From: Paraspadella gotoi
Taxonomy: Eukaryota; Animalia; Chaetognatha
Assembly: GCA_051294375.1 (NCBI GenBank)
Contig: CM119266.1
Span: forward strand, 8,647,093-8,711,092
Direction of reading: 5' to 3'
Length of the DNA: 64,000 nt
Position numbers and translations under genes: made by a program. Below, one piece after another: positions 34,458 to 49,949 of the stretch; the stretch's first letter is position 1; every line of letters begins with the position of its first letter. The notes beneath the pieces are model-generated. The model saw only the letters and a program-made list of their open reading frames with translations, ran no database searches and had not been told where the DNA came from.

Positions 34458-37400
34458 ATATATATATATATATATAGATATTAATATATATATATATATT
34501 AATAATTATATTATTATTATATTAGACAAAGTTCTTTACAATATCTATGTATGTATCAATGTATTTATACATCGATAATTTATTGATTTCTCCTTCGAAA
34601 TCAAAACAAAATGAAAATAACATAAATTTATAAGTTTCGAAGCTTTTGCGATCTTTTGTTTTTCCACTAAACGAAGAGCGTACTACTTGAGGAACGGTGC
34701 TCCACCTGTGTTTTTTTTTCTCACATTTCGACAACAGAAGAACACATATCTAGTTGAAAAAAAAAATTCACGATTAATTTTACCATACTACTCGGCGAAG
34801 AGAATAGAGTATAAAACCTTGGGATTTTATTGATTTAGTAAAACCTATTTTAGACGAAAAATTTAATTTAAATAGATGAAAGTACGTCACGGGATTTAAA
34901 ATAAATTTATGTACACCCTCATCAAATAAAATATGGATGCTGATAATTGGTTGTTAAATCATCCTGTAGAGGTCCCACATCTTAACTAATCTACAATTAG
35001 AATCCAATCGATCGACTTTGCTACCCTTCTCACAGATTCCTTTTTCTTTCCTTTCTTTCTTTTTTTTGTAATCGATACGCAGCTAAAGTTCACTGTCCGA
35101 AGACGACGACGACGACGACGACGACCAAGACGCGTCTTGCCTCAGATACTCCCTGAAAAGTTTTATGTGAAACAGCGCCAACGAACGAACGAATGAACCA
35201 GCGAACGAACGAAAGAACGAAATAAACGAATGAATAAACATTAAACAAACGAACTACCGAAGAAACGAACGATAGACACAACGCGTCCGTCCGTTCGTGA
35301 AAAATCATCTGATTTCGAACTCGATTTTCTTTTCTGATTTTCGAATCGAAAAAAAAATATAAAACTCATCCGCATTCATTCGAGTTTCTGCGTCGTTCAT
35401 AATTGACTTTTCCTCGTTCATCATTCATTCTCGATCATGTGTGATCATGTGTGATCATTCATCCGTCGAATTAACGTTACGAACAACCGGTGGTAAATAA
35501 ACCGAATCGAACAAATACATCGCTAATTTTTTTAACCCAAAAATTTTGATATCAAAACTTTCTTTTTTTTCGCACACCGGCGGGATAAGTGTTTTTTCTC
35601 TTTTTTAAAAAAAAAAAATGGGGGAAAAAATTCTCATTTGTCCAGCAGATTTTCATAATATTAGGATAATATATATATTATAGAGATATATATAAAATTA
35701 TATTTCTATATGAGCGCGAGAAAATCCGAATAATAGACTAGTTGTATCAAGATGGATTCAGATTTTCAAAAACGTTCACACAAGTGATCACACGAGATAT
35801 ATAGCTTTAGATTTAAAACACTTTTATTCGATTTGATATATTTTCAACCATGAGAGATCCGGTCGATTTTAATCTGGCTCCTATTAATGCATTAGCTTAA
35901 ATCCGGAATTTGTCAGATAAGCGATGACGCTCTTGATATATACGCAGGTAAATTTTAAAACGATTTTTTAATTAATATAATATATACTAATAAAATAATG
36001 AAATTTATAGTTTTTAGAAATATATTAATAAATTAATCACTTATAAATATTAAATTATTTTAGTATTTATAACACTGAAATATATAATATATAAATGAGA
36101 TCTTGAATGCTTCTTTTTCTTACCAAAATGAGGGAATAGATGATTAGGATATATATTAACTATTTTGCTTGAGTTTAAGTTCTTTTAATCCTGAAATGTA
36201 CTATATATAAAGTGTGTTATATAAATTGTATAATTCATATTCGTTTAAGTTGAACTATTATACGTGCTTTAATAATAGGTAATATGGAAAAATCTTGAAT
36301 AGCAAAGATTAAAGATAACCAATAAATATATATATATAATATAATATTTAAATAACTTTAATAATAGATAATTAAGTAAAAATTATATTTAAAAATTAGC
36401 CTCAAGTAGCAAAGAAGAATTTATTATTTAAAATTATTATGAATGATTTTACTATTATTTTTTAAAGTATTTTTAAGTCAACTATATATAATAAGTACGC
36501 CGACCGTAGGAATAAGCGTGGGAAATAGTGGGCGGAATCCTAAGGGGGAGAGAAGAGAGAAGAGATATATAGTGGCCAATGCTACATGGGTGAATCCTAG
36601 GGGCGCCATTTTTATGGGCCATAATACGTGGATAAGATGCTACCACAGTATATAATTATAGATAAGTGAAAAGATATATATAGATCAATGATTTAAGTAT
36701 ATTATGTTTGAATGATCAGAAGAATTAAATTACCGATCTAATAATATTATAAAATTTGAATAGCAAAGTACATACATACATTTGTTTTATATAGAGATAT
36801 ATAGATACCGATTTCATAGATTGGACCGATTGGATCTTTTTGTGTTTGAGGCGCAACAGTGAACAGGACTTCTTGTTTGATATGGTATAAATAACATAGA
36901 GATATATATATAGTATATATATATAGATATATATATATTCATTTATTAAGATAGTATATATAGAGGAAAACTTAACTTCCAAGATTTTTAAAGGAATTGC
37001 TTTTGTTTTTAAAGTTTTTTAAACTCAATAACTATATAATATAATTTTCAATTAAATTCGAACCTATTGTCTGTAAATTAAATGTATAGATTCATAATGT
37101 TAATCTTCAATCGAAAGCACATTGAAAAAAGTGGTAAACCATTATGACTATAAACAGTATGATAAATATATAATATATATATATATAAACATATATATAT
37201 ATCGAAAAATGGTCATATATATATGTAAAAACAATTTATGTCGTTAATTGTTAACCCAGTGATAAAAAAGTTATTATTTCGGTTCTAAAATCAAACAAGC
37301 AAATGAAGGAATAAAATCATACAGATGATAAAAACTAAATGAAAATCCGAGGAATAGTATTGTTTAAAGTAGTTTGAAAAAAAGTTTGTACTATGGAATA

Positions 37401-39996
37401 TCAAACCCTGCATTAATGCCTTATAATTATTAGACCTATTAATGAAGGTTTAATGAGAAAAATAAAACTATAGTACTAGGAAATGACTTTATAATATAGA
37501 TAATAGTTTAAGAAGAAGGGGAATAAAATTGTAAATCGAATCATATCCGTTATAAAGCGATTATGTTTTTGTATAATATTGTTATAGTAAAGAAATTTCG
37601 AGTCTTTATATTAAATTATTAATTATATTTTATTGTTATTGGTATCATTATTACTAATTATAAGAATCGATATTTTATATTTAATCAGTTCTAACTTTAA
37701 ATTATATGGTTCAGGACTGAATTCAGCGTGACATGCAAAACAAAAAAATAGCGATTAATTTCTAAATGTTTTCCATTATAAAACAGAAAACCTATTAGAA
37801 ATCACAACATGCAGCTAACTAAAAACTTTAAAATTATTAAGCATTATGAAATTATTAGTACCAACATAGAAAATATTATTAATATGAGCATATGTTATTA
37901 AGAAGAAAATAAACTCCATCGTCAGATTTCACAGGAAAGATGCTTCTTTTATGAAGAAATTCGCGAATTTCCGCAGGTTCGCTAGTATCTTTTGTTCTCG
38001 TTTTTGACTCGGTTGACGGTCAGTTTATACCATATAAAAAGATACGAAATTGAGTATTTCGTCTCAGGGATCTTCTTTTGTTAATGCATTTAAACTTAAA
38101 TAAGTTTTATACGAAAAAATTATTTATTTACTGTCCTGATTAGGTGTGCAAACGTTTTTAAAATGAAATCTTATGTTAGCTGTATATTACTGCAACGTTT
38201 GGGTCTAGTTAAAGTCTCTCGAAATATTTAAATAATAATAAAGAATTTGAGTTTCGTCGTCTCGACCCAATCCGGGGCTCCGTTTGTTCCGTGTTTCCGA
38301 TCGTTCGAGACGTCGCCGTCAATTCGTCCGTCAGTCACTTGGTCCGTCATCGTTCCTGGCCCCTTAATCCGTTCAAAAGAGACGTTACAGATATATGCGA
38401 AGGTATGTGTATCATATTTCTCATACATAGAAAAACTATTTCAAAATTTGGTCTCATTCGACACTTCAAAGGAAAGAAATGACTGAAAAATGAAACAACA
38501 TTTTAAGCTGTTGAATAATAAAAAAAAAGTCAGTCAAAACAAATGTTTAAAAAAGACACAAAATTTGTAATTTTTTTTAAAAAAATGATGGGAAACAGCG
38601 TCAAAACTCGAGCAGTGTTGATAGAGAAAAGCATATAGTTTGAATGAAAGTTAAAATGACGAAATTTGAATTAAAAAATAGACTTTTTTGAATTTTTTTT
38701 AAACGAAAAGATGAGTTTTGCTTGGATTCGTTGTTTTAATTTTTATAAATATTAAAAGTAATTACTTTTCTAATTATCCGACTTTTCACTGTAAGTTTTA
38801 ATTGAGTTATATCCAAAGTTCAAATTTAAATTCACTCTTCAAAAATCGTTATTAGCTGCAAATATCAAAATTTAACAAAAACCAAGTAATTGATCCTCAT
38901 AGACTTGTATACGATGAATACAGATGAAATAACAATTAATTACCGAAATAAAAACCCAATTTTTTTTTACTATAATCTAAATCGAAATCATCAAATTAGT
39001 TTTTTAAGTCACGAAAAACTGAAAATGAAAAAAAAAAAGAAATTTCGCTGCTTCAATTTTACAACTTTTTTGTATTCGATAAAATTCCCTGTAAATCACT
39101 GTGATCCAGTGTTTGACTTCCATTCAGGGAAAAGAAATCTTAAATATGACCCGATTGTAAATGACCTTGCATCAGTGTGATCCGATTTACGAAAAAGTCT
39201 TTGTTTTATTACTTGTCATCACTTGTCGTCTCAGAGATCTGAGAACAAAACGAACGAATGATAAATTTATCTGTTTCTCGATTTTTATTTCGATCGTAAA
39301 TTTAACATCCAAATCCGATTATTACACTACGTAATAATTTACTAACTTTCATCGAAGCTTAACATCTCCTTTATGTTCGAATGGTCGTGGAAAAAAAATG
39401 GGAAGACCTTTACAATAAAACTGATATAAAATTAAAACTAATAGGTTCTGCTTATATATTTTATGTTTTTTTATTGCATAAGCCGTACCACTTTGTCGCT
39501 CTCGTTTCGGGTTCAACTCATTTATGACACGATTCTACTACTTGTCTTTCAATTAATTATCAAACACCTTAAAATAAACGAGACGCGAAATGTTTATCGC
39601 ATCTTGGATTTCCGACAAATTGATTCCTTTTTATTGAAAGGTAGATCATGGTCTATACAATGTTCATCTCCTATGAAATTGGTTTAACTAATAGCATCAA
39701 AAAGAAACAATATATTGTTAACACCCAACACTATACCAATATAACAGCAATCCAAAGGACAAAACCCTTTGACCAGTGACCTATGGAAAAATAAATATTG
39801 CCAAATAAGAAATTATAAAGACAGCAAGTTAGACGTTATAGATATAATTTATAATACATTCGCAGCTAAACATGACATAACATGACAAAAACAATGGGTC
39901 GAAATTACCAAGAAATTCGCGTTGATTATTTCCTTCCTATTGTGACGACGAAGACGACGACAACGACGACGATGGATTTTTTCAAAGTTCGGGCAC

Positions 39997-40036
<40 letters not shown>

Positions 40037-40572
40037 CTCTCTTCTCTCTCTCTCTCTCTCTCTCGTCTGCAAAGCGGCATATCGTACAGATTCTCGTTAA
40101 AACTCAAGTTAAAAAGTTTAATTTTTTTAAAAATTTCGTGGAATTTCGTGTTGCCTAGCGATAAAAATCAACAAAAATGAATTTAAAAGCTAATCAATTA
40201 TTTTAAAAATTACGAGACAAATTTTTAAAAATTTTTAGTCATAGTTTTCTTTAATTAATGGAACAAAAAATATTTAAAAAAGTGTATATCCGAAGTTGAT
40301 AAACAAACAAACAAAACAAAAAAACAATCTTCAATTCCCCCAAAACTCTTGAAAACATTATCAAGTAGGTTTCTTTAAAAATTAAAGTGGCTTAAAAGCA
40401 TTAAAAAACCACTTTGTGATAAATGCGACCAAAAAACCGACCCCGTCGTCTCTTCTCCGCACTCCCTCTCCCTCTCCTTCTCTCTCTCTGTCTCTATCTC
40501 TTTTCCATGGTTTCCAAGCTCTCGGCCCAGTCAGTTTTCAAACCCTTTGCTGATTAGACTTAGCTTGCGCTA

Positions 40573-40636
<64 letters not shown>

Positions 40637-42411
40637 TTTTTCTTTCTCTGCCTCTCTCTCTGTCTCTCTTACACATTCCCTCCTCTATCCTCTGCCTTTA
40701 AAAAAGGAAATCTTTGTTCCTTCTCGTAAATATTTTTTTCGATTTTACGATTTTGTTATTTGAAAAAAGTTTTGGTTTTTTACTCATATTAAATTTTTTT
40801 CCAATAAAAATTTTAAATGGTTTCGTTTAGTTTCTTTAAATATATTTTTCCTTCAGTTTTTTTTTTCCTATTTTTTGCAAAATAATTTTAAATATTTTTT
40901 TTGTGTTTTAAGATCTTTTTTTTTTTCACCTTTACTGACATCAACCTTTTTCACCTTTCACATTTAGATTCAAATTTTTCGTTGTTTTATCATTTTAGAA
41001 ATATATGCTATAACTATTTATATTTATATTAATGCTTTTGTATTTTCGCTTTCGTTTCGCTTAAAATTATGGAGAAAACAAAGTTTATATTTGTTTTTCA
41101 TTTAAAAACCTGGATGTGCTGACTGTCGAGTCTTCTTTCGTGTAAAGTTTGTAAACGAAAAATGATCATTTTTTCTTCTTTAATAATGTATATAATGCTA
41201 TATACCATAAATATTATAATCAAATGGTTTTCATTACCCGTTCCTTCTTCATTCTTGAACACGGCCCCCCCAACCACCGCCACCCATTCCTCTCCCATTC
41301 CCTGCCTTTCTTCAACTGCCCCTCCCTCATCAAAAACTTTGAATTTCCTTTCCCACAATCAGGATCTTAGCCGGAATCAAGTAGCTCAAATTAAAATTAA
41401 TTGAAATAATTAAGTGAAAATTCAACATTGAAATGACTTATCGGAACTTAAAATTATATTTATCATGAACAGAAATTATGTTTGAATGTTTTTACTATTT
41501 TCCTTTTCAACAATAATTAAATTTTTTTCCGGTCTGTCCAATGAGGGTGCCGGACAAAAAATCCGAACATTTTTCGTCGGTCGAATCCAAATCTGGATTT
41601 TTGGGTTTTTTTTAAAGAAAAATGTGCGGTGAGTGTGTGAGTGTGTGAGTGAGTGAGTGAGTGAGTGAGTGAGAGACAGAGAGAGAGAGAGAGAGAGACG
41701 ATACTGGCCTACGAAACTCGATTTAAAACCGGTTTTTCGTTTTCACTTTTCAGTCACGAAAGAAACGACTTTTTCTTCAGAGATAAAAAAAACCAAAAAA
41801 AACAAAAAACAAACAAACAAACAAACAAACAAAAAAAAAACAATCTTTAAAATTTGAAACCTTACATCATAGTTTCCCTTTCTTAAATAATTAAAGTTTA
41901 TTTACTATTTCCTCCTCCTAGTTAATTATTTTACCCGTTATTTAGTAATTTCGTTGCTCTGTTGTTTTGTCATTTATCCTAGTTTTCCTCGTTTTCTAGT
42001 TTTACTTCTACTACATTTTTATTTCCCGGATTATTTACTTCGTTATTGACTTATTCCCTCCTTTTTCTTTTTTATGCTTTTCTCGATTATTCGCTTTAAT
42101 TGTTATCGTTTTTTTCTTTATCGCTTATCCACTGTAAACCAATGCCTTGCCTAATATTTTTTTTATGGATAACAATTTGAAAGTTTTTATAATATTTACC
42201 AACTACGTCTAAAATAAATTGTACGCGCCGAATTTTAAAAAAACTAGCAAATATATTACGAATAATACGAATAAGCTATTAAGCATCTTTTTTGATTAAA
42301 AATTGACGAAAAAGTTGTGAACCTCATTAAGTCATTTTTTTTTATTAAAGTACATCATTTGTTTTACTCAACATCATTACTTTACATAAAACCACCAAAT
42401 GTACATAAATT

Positions 42412-42470
<59 letters not shown>

Positions 42471-42580
42471 AATCTTATCTAATCCCTTCAGAGGGACAGA
42501 GTCAAATCCAGTTGCCTCGACTTGTTTCGCTTTTTCCCCCGTCGATTTTTCTGGGCAAAATCTCTCTCTCTCTCTTTCTT

Positions 42581-42613
<33 letters not shown>

Positions 42614-44479
42614 CTCTTTCGTTCTCATAAGTTTTTTCCCCTCTTTATTTGATTATTTCCTGTTTGAAGTGTTAATTGAAACTAATCCAGTTAAATATTG
42701 ACTATTGATACTGATTGTGTTCTAGTAAGTATTATATAGTTACCCAGTTTTAAATATAAGTGTCGTGGTTTAGTTTTATATTTAAGTCAGAATTTTATTT
42801 TATCATAATCTCCCTGAGCACATTAGTTTTGACTTTTTTTTGGACCGATTTTCTCCGCCCCCCGAATCGAAACTCGCCCGCACTGAGAGATCGCTGCTAA
42901 GAGAGTTGGCTCGCTTTTCGCCGCTACTCGCCAGTTGCCTTTCGAGTGTCTTTTCTGTCGTCGTCGTCGTCGTCGTNNNNNNNNNNNNNNNNNNNNNNNN
43001 NNNNNNNNNNNNNNNNNNNNNNNNNNNNNNNNNNNNNNNNNNNNNNNNNNNNNNNNNNNNNNNNNNNNNNNNNNNNNNNNNNNNNNNNNNNNNNNNNNNN
43101 NNNNNNNNNNNNNNNNNNNNNNNNNNNNNNNNNNNNNNNNNNNNNNNNNNNNNNNNNNNNNNNNNNNNNNNNNNNNNNNNNNNNNNNNNNNNNNNNNNNN
43201 NNNNNNNNNTCCCAAATCTTTTTTGTCTTTTATTTTTTATTTTCATCAGATAATTACTTTAACAGCAAAATCGGTGGTCTGATTAAGACGACGACGACCA
43301 TATCGACGAAGTTTGTGTTTATATTAATGACTTAAACGGGTGGGGTTTTTTCCCAGCCACTCGGGCCCAACCTTCGTCTTGATTCAAAGTTGATTTCTTA
43401 TTTTAAATTTCGTCTTTAAATGTCATTAAGTTTTACTTTATTCAACGGCTCTAGAACCGGTTTGTTTTCAATTAACCTTTTATCTTTTTTTTTTAACGAG
43501 AATTCGTTCATCGATCGTCCGGAAAAATCATTTGCTATTAATATTTAATTTAGCACTTGACTCACTTCTTGCTTATCCCCTGAAGAAAATGTCAAAGTGT
43601 ATGACTAACTTTTCTTTTTCTTTCATTCTCTTTTATTTTTTTTTCTCCATTTTTTTCTCCAGTTCTTTATTATTTTTTTTATTTCTATTTTTTATTTTCT
43701 TTTTTTTTATTTCTTTTCTTCTTTCCTTTCTCTATTTAGATTTTTTAAAAAAATTTTTGAAAAATTGGAAAAAATATATTCCAACGCAGTCCAGTGTCAC
43801 CTTTTCTTGAAAATCTTTTCACGCCAATTACACTTTTAATTTTTTTTTCACAATCCCTTTATGATTTATCCTCTCTCTCTTTCCTCTCACCCTCTCATCT
43901 TATTTTTTTTCCGCTCCCCTTTTTCTATTTTCTCAACTTCCTTCCTTTAAACCCCNNNNNNNNNNNNNNNNNNNNNNNNNNNNNNNNNNNNNNNNNNNNN
44001 NNNNNNNNNNNNNNNNNNNNNNNNNNNNNNNNNNNNNNNNNNNNNNNNNNNNNNNNNNNNNNNNNNNNNNNNNNNNNNNNNNNNNNNNNNNNNNNNNNNN
44101 NNNNNNNNNNNNNNNNNNNNNNNNNNNNNNNNNNNNNNNNNNNNNNNNNNNNNNNNNNNNNNNNNNNNNNNNNNNNNNNNNNNNNNNNNNNNNNNNNNNN
44201 NCGCAAAATTGAAAGAAATATTCGAAAAAACCTTTCAGCTTCTTTATTTTTCTAAACTAATACTCGAATAAAAACGCCGAAAGCATTTTCGCGACTTTTA
44301 CGATGCTCGTTAGAAAAATATTGGGTTAAAAAAAAAATCTGCGTGACTCGTTCACGTTTTTTAGAAATAAACAAACAAAAGCAGAGAGAATCGACCTTTA
44401 CGATGCTCGTTAGAAAATATTGCGGTTAAAAAAAATTCTGCGTGTCGTTCTAGTTTTTTAGAAATGCTTTTTACGTGTT

Positions 44480-47400
44480 TTACGATAGATGATTCGTGAT
44501 ATGTTTATATCATATTACTATATAGTGTATTACTTGTCTGATAATTGAATAATACACCACGTCAAATCGATACCGTTGTAAACATCAGTAGAACCGCGAT
44601 GCTCATTTCTTCTTTTTTTTTTTCGGCAGAAATCGCATGCGATCTTCTTCATCTTTCGATCTCTGGCAAAAGTAAACAAATCGTCAACAACAGACAAGGA
44701 AATGTAAACAAAATCCTCATCCCTAGGTAAACATGGAAACTTTCGTCTCAAAATATTACATGGGGGAAAAACGATTTGTAATAGAGTATAAAATTTGTGT
44801 TTTTAAAAAATTGCATGCTCGTAAATCGTTCATAAATTATAATTATATCCTCAAATTAAATATTAAAATAAAAAAAATTAAGATAGAGTGTATAACATAA
44901 ACAATTAAAGTATATACAAAAATAAATGTTTTTAAAAAAAAAACTTGAGTTGTACGCTGAAAGGCAGAGTCGAAGGCAGAGACTCTNNNNNNNNNNNNNN
45001 NNNNNNNNNNNCTTTTTAGTGTTTTTACGATAAGATGATTCGTATATGTTATATCAATTATATATATAGTGATTATTGTCTGATAATTGAATAATACACT
45101 ACGTAATCGATACGTTTGTTTTAACATAGTAGAATCCGCGAATGCCTCTATTTCTGCATCTTTTATTCGGCAGAATCGCATGCGATCTTCTTTATCTTTC
45201 GATCTCTGGCAAAAAGATAAACAAATCTTCAACAAAGACAGAGAAATGTTAACAAAATCCTCCAATCCTAGGTAAACATTGGAAACTTTCGTCTCAAATA
45301 TTATCATGTGGGGAAAAACAATTGTTAATACTAATTATAGATATAAAAATTTTGGTTTTTAAAAAATTGCATGCTCGTAAAATCTTAATAATTATAATTA
45401 ATATCCTCCAATAATAAATCATTAAAATAAAAAAAAATTATAGAGCGTGTATTAACCTTAAACCAATTAAAGTTATATACAAAAATAAATGATGTAAAAA
45501 AAATAAAACTTGAGTTTTGTTTGTACTGAAAGCAGATCCGAAAGGCAGAGATCTTTCGAATGTCAGATGATAATCAAACCTTGATTTGATTTTGCTGTCG
45601 AAAAAAGAGTCGTCTATTGATTCGAAAATCTTAAACTTGAGAAAAAAACTCCTTTTTGTGTGGAGAAGCGATAGAATTTGAAGAAGTAGAGGGAGTTTAT
45701 GTTGGGTGTGTAATTAAGGCTAGTGAGTTACGTACGAAATTTCTAAAGGTCAATTATTGAACATATCATACATCTGTAAAATTATTGTAAAATACATTTT
45801 TATGTTTTTTAATTTCGCGTTAGGCTATATTTTATTATAGTACTATCCTTATAAATAGAAAATTTCTAATAGGCTTTTCTTAATTTTGATTGTGCGTATT
45901 TTGAATTCTCTCGTCAAGTTTGTTAAGCAAATATTAGAATTTTTCTAAAAATATCTTTTACATTAAGTGGGTTAAAATTACAAAAACTTATTTAATATTT
46001 AAAAGTGATTTTCAGCTTAATCATTATTAGCTTTTTTCTAATTTGATCTGGACCAACTATGAAGATTTTTAAAATAGGTTATTATTTCTTTTATCAACGT
46101 TTTATAACGATCCAATCTGTCAAAAAAAATCTTAAAAAACTGTTTGAAATATTTAACATTATTTGGTGTATTAGTGATAATATGGCTCTGCGTAAATTGA
46201 AATTTATTAAATATTTGTTATACATAAATGTTCATTAGTTATAATGTTTGTTGTTCCTCCTTTTAGAATTTTATTAAGTTAAAATTTAGATATTTATCGG
46301 TTGTGTGGAATAGAATATAGATGTTAAAATACAGTTATATAGTTTATTTGGAGTGTGGAACGTAAGATAAGAGTTAAATAAGTGATATTTTAGTTGGGAG
46401 TGGAATTATATATGCCCTCTGAATGCGACTTGGTCATCGTGTAGTCTAGCTATGTACTAGTAATGCGTGCTTTAAAGAGTGCGACCTTCAAATTTAACGT
46501 AAATTTTCCTCTTTTTCTAGTACAACCCAATGCACGTTTTAATAATTGTGAGTTAACTTTTTTGCGCGTTATAATAGAATATAGAAACGTTTATAGCAAC
46601 ATACACAATCCAATGGAATGTAGTTATTATAATAATGGTGATATGTTATACCTAATAGTTACCTACAATATTCCGTGGTTTTTTTTTGTTTTCTTTTTAA
46701 ACAAGTGGGGAGTAAAAACCAGCATGAAACAAGCATAAACCAAAAAACAAAAAAAGAAACTAAAAACAACATAATCTCCGTCTCGTTGCTCTTGCCTTTC
46801 AAACCTATTTTCGCTTTTCCAATCGTAATGAAAGAAAAAAACAGCTATTTTGCGAATTCTTTTTGTGTATTTACCTGCAATTATTTTTTTACAATCGACC
46901 GTTTATTAACTAATTTCTCGTTCGTTTGTTTGTTTTCAGGACTACTCAAGCTTCAACCGGACTGAAATGACATTTATGATTTCTTGTCGGCAATGGAATG
47001 ACTTATTTAATTCTCTCATTAAAAAACGAAATGACAAAAATAATATCCTGACGTTATCTACGGACGAATAACGTCGGTATTCATTCTCGACTATAACGTC
47101 TCCGCTTTAGTGTGAATTACGTCGTCCGTTCGAAAAAAAACGTCTTTGCCTTAACGTCGTCATTGTACCCAACCTGACCTTTCGATCGATTGGCGACGCA
47201 ACAAAGCGTTCTTTGTCGGCTTTTCGTTGCGACCATCCGGATCTTTTGTCGGTCCGTTGACGACGACGACGACGACATTGCGAAGAGAGTGGAAGACGAC
47301 GAAGCGCCTCCGTTGAGGGCGCTGGCGGAACCGGCGGCGGCGGCGGAGCGACACACCTCAAACTCGGTCGAGAAGAGAAATCACAGAGAGAAGCCAAGTG

Positions 47401-48905
47401 AGTGAATTTAAAAGATCAAAGAAAACTTTTTTTTGCCTCTTCTATTTTTTAGATTTTTCTTCCGTTTTTCAAAAGTTTTTTCGGAGTCATTGAACCGATA
47501 GTTTTATCTATTTAAGCATAATTAATTCTTTTCTTTTTTTTGAAACTGGAAATTTATAGTGAGAATAAAATCAGTGATTCAAACTAAAACAATATAATCA
47601 TATTTTTCATTATCCAACTTTTCAATTGGCCTGACCATTCGTCTTTTACAAAGTTACAATGTTTTTATAAATCTTAGTTTAAATTCCCAAAATCCTTTTT
47701 ACGTTTTTCAGAAGCGTGACCTTCTACAAGAACGGGGATCATATTTCAAGGCATCAAATCCAACTGACGCCTCAACGATACATCACTTTCTGTCATCTTC
47801 TCTCGATTTAACGAAATGTCTCTCTGCCCTACGGAGTCGGAGACTTTATTCGCACGGGGTCAGTTGAAGTGAGAAAAAAGACATATTTTTAGATAATATA
47901 TTGTATATTGTTGTATAGATGCTCCTCTATTCCAGAAGCACACTGACTTCCCTTCCCAAATTGAATTATTAGATAAATAAAACTTTTTTAAAAAGAAAGC
48001 AATATATATTTGTTTATAATATAGATTAAATACTAAATCCTTCATAAAATATAAAAATAGAAATAGTGAAACAAGTAATTGGCAAATTTTCATATATTAC
48101 AAAACATTCCTATTTCTATTGACATTAACACATCCATGAATTTTTCACCCTACAATCATCTCAATTTTAAATCGTTGATCCTTGCCTATAATTAATGATT
48201 ACATCCTTATACATATTTTAGATATTTAATAATATATAAATTATTTTTAAAAATGTAGACAATTTATTTATTAATGAGTTTAAATTATTCAATTATTCAT
48301 TTTATATCTCACTGACAGAATTAGCCATACTCGGCCCAATATCATCATATTCTCCCAATTCGATTCTAATTAACCCGAACTCTCCTCGCCCCAACATCTC
48401 TTCAGGGGTCGCCTCATCGACGCCTTCGACAAATGTTCGACGGCGAAGTTTACGTCTGCGCCTCCTTCGAGAAATTCAAGCCTCTTCAGTACGGACACCG
48501 GACTGGGCGATCCTGTCTTCAAAGAAGGTACGACGGACGATGTATACGGCAGAGATTGGTGTAATTTAATTACGACCAAGGCGTGTTTAACTTAAAGAAG
48601 CAATTGCTTTGAATTTCAAGGAGAAAAAATCCAAGTTTTTTATATTGACTCTAATTGCGAGCTTCATCAGCACTTCATCATGAACAAATTATTGGGAGAG
48701 AGAGAGAGATATATATTATATATATACAAGTAAAGCTTTCAATTTATATTTTTATCAATTAAAGACTTAAAGCCTAAGAAGCACCGTTCGCTAAATATAA
48801 AAGTGTAATAAGCGTTTACCATGACAAGGATATTGAAAACTGTTGGCCGAAAGTAATAGACGCCTATATGTCAGGAATTAAAGAGAGTCCGCCTCGGACA
48901 AAGTC
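44480..48905 (+). repeat. Indel-rich duplicate segments of the DCLK 5' region (copy A plus sub-duplications)
   Basis: 44480-44986 and 45012-45720 resemble each other and 60270-60880. 46330-48905 resembles 49130-51725, including degraded DCX exons at ~47713-47858 and ~48405-48527. Confidence 0.8.
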
Positions 48906-49064
48906 GCTGAATCTTTCTTTTTTCGAGTCAATGAATAATCAACTTGATTTGATTTTGCGTCGACAAAAAAAGAAATCGTCGATTGAATTCGAAATCTTAA
49001 AACTTGAGAAAAAAAACTCCTTTTGTGTGGGAGAAAGCGATAGAAGTTGAAGAAGTGATAGGGA

Positions 49065-49220
49065 GTTTATTTGGGTGTGGAAGTAATGATAAGAGTTAAA
49101 TAAGTGATAAGTTTATTTGGGTGTGGAAGTAATGATAAGAGTTAAATAAGTGATAAGTTTATTTGGGTGTGGAACTAATGATAAGAGTTAAATAAGTGAT
49201 AAGTTTAGTTGGGAGTGGAA
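49065..49220. repeat. 46-bp minisatellite (~3.5 units; ~5.5 units at 60864-61110)
   Basis: Unit GTTTATTTGGGTGTGGAAGTAATGATAAGAGTTAAATAAGTGATAA at 49065, 49111, 49157 and 49203. Confidence 0.85.
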
Positions 49221-49949
49221 TTATATTGCTCTGAATCGCACTGGTCATCGGGTAGTCTACTATTGTACTAGTAATGCGTCTTTAAAAGAGTGGACCATTC
49301 AAATTTACGTAATTATCCTCTTTTTCCTAGTACAAACCCAATGCCAACGTTTTAATCAAGAGTAACTTTTTTTGCGGTTATAATAATAGAAGTTATAATA
49401 CCAAATCAATGGATGCTATTATTATTAGGCTAATAGTGTTAACCCTAAAACTAAAATATTCGTTTTTTTTTGGTTTTCTTTTTAAACAAGTGGGAGTAAA
49501 AAAACCAGAAGAAAACAAAGCAAAAAAAACAAAACAAAAAAACAAAACAAAACATAACTCTCCGTTTCTCCTCTCGCCTTTCAAACCTATTTTCGCTTTT
49601 CCAATCGTAATGAAAGAGAAAAAAACCCGCTATCTTGCTGAATTCTTTTTGTGTATTTACCTGCAATTATTTTTTTACAATCGACCGTATTATTAACTAA
49701 TTCTCGTTCGTTTGTTTGTTTTCAGGACAACTCAAGCTTCAACGACTGAAATGACATTTATGATTTCATTGTCGACAATGGAATGATTATTTAATTCTCT
49801 TCATTGAAAAACGAAATGACAAAAATAATATCCTGACGTTATCTACGGACGAATAACGTCGAGTATCATCTCCGATATAACGTCCTCCCGCTTTGTGTGA
49901 ATAACGTCGTCCGTTCGAAAAAATAACGTCTTCGCCTTAACGTCGGTCA

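Noticed and set aside
35650-37900. Possible mitochondrial insertion (very AT-rich block)
   Set aside because: No recognisable mitochondrial protein, rRNA or tRNA motifs were seen.
42803-44255. ORFs of 93-153 aa
   Set aside because: They are artefacts of N-gaps and low-complexity sequence.
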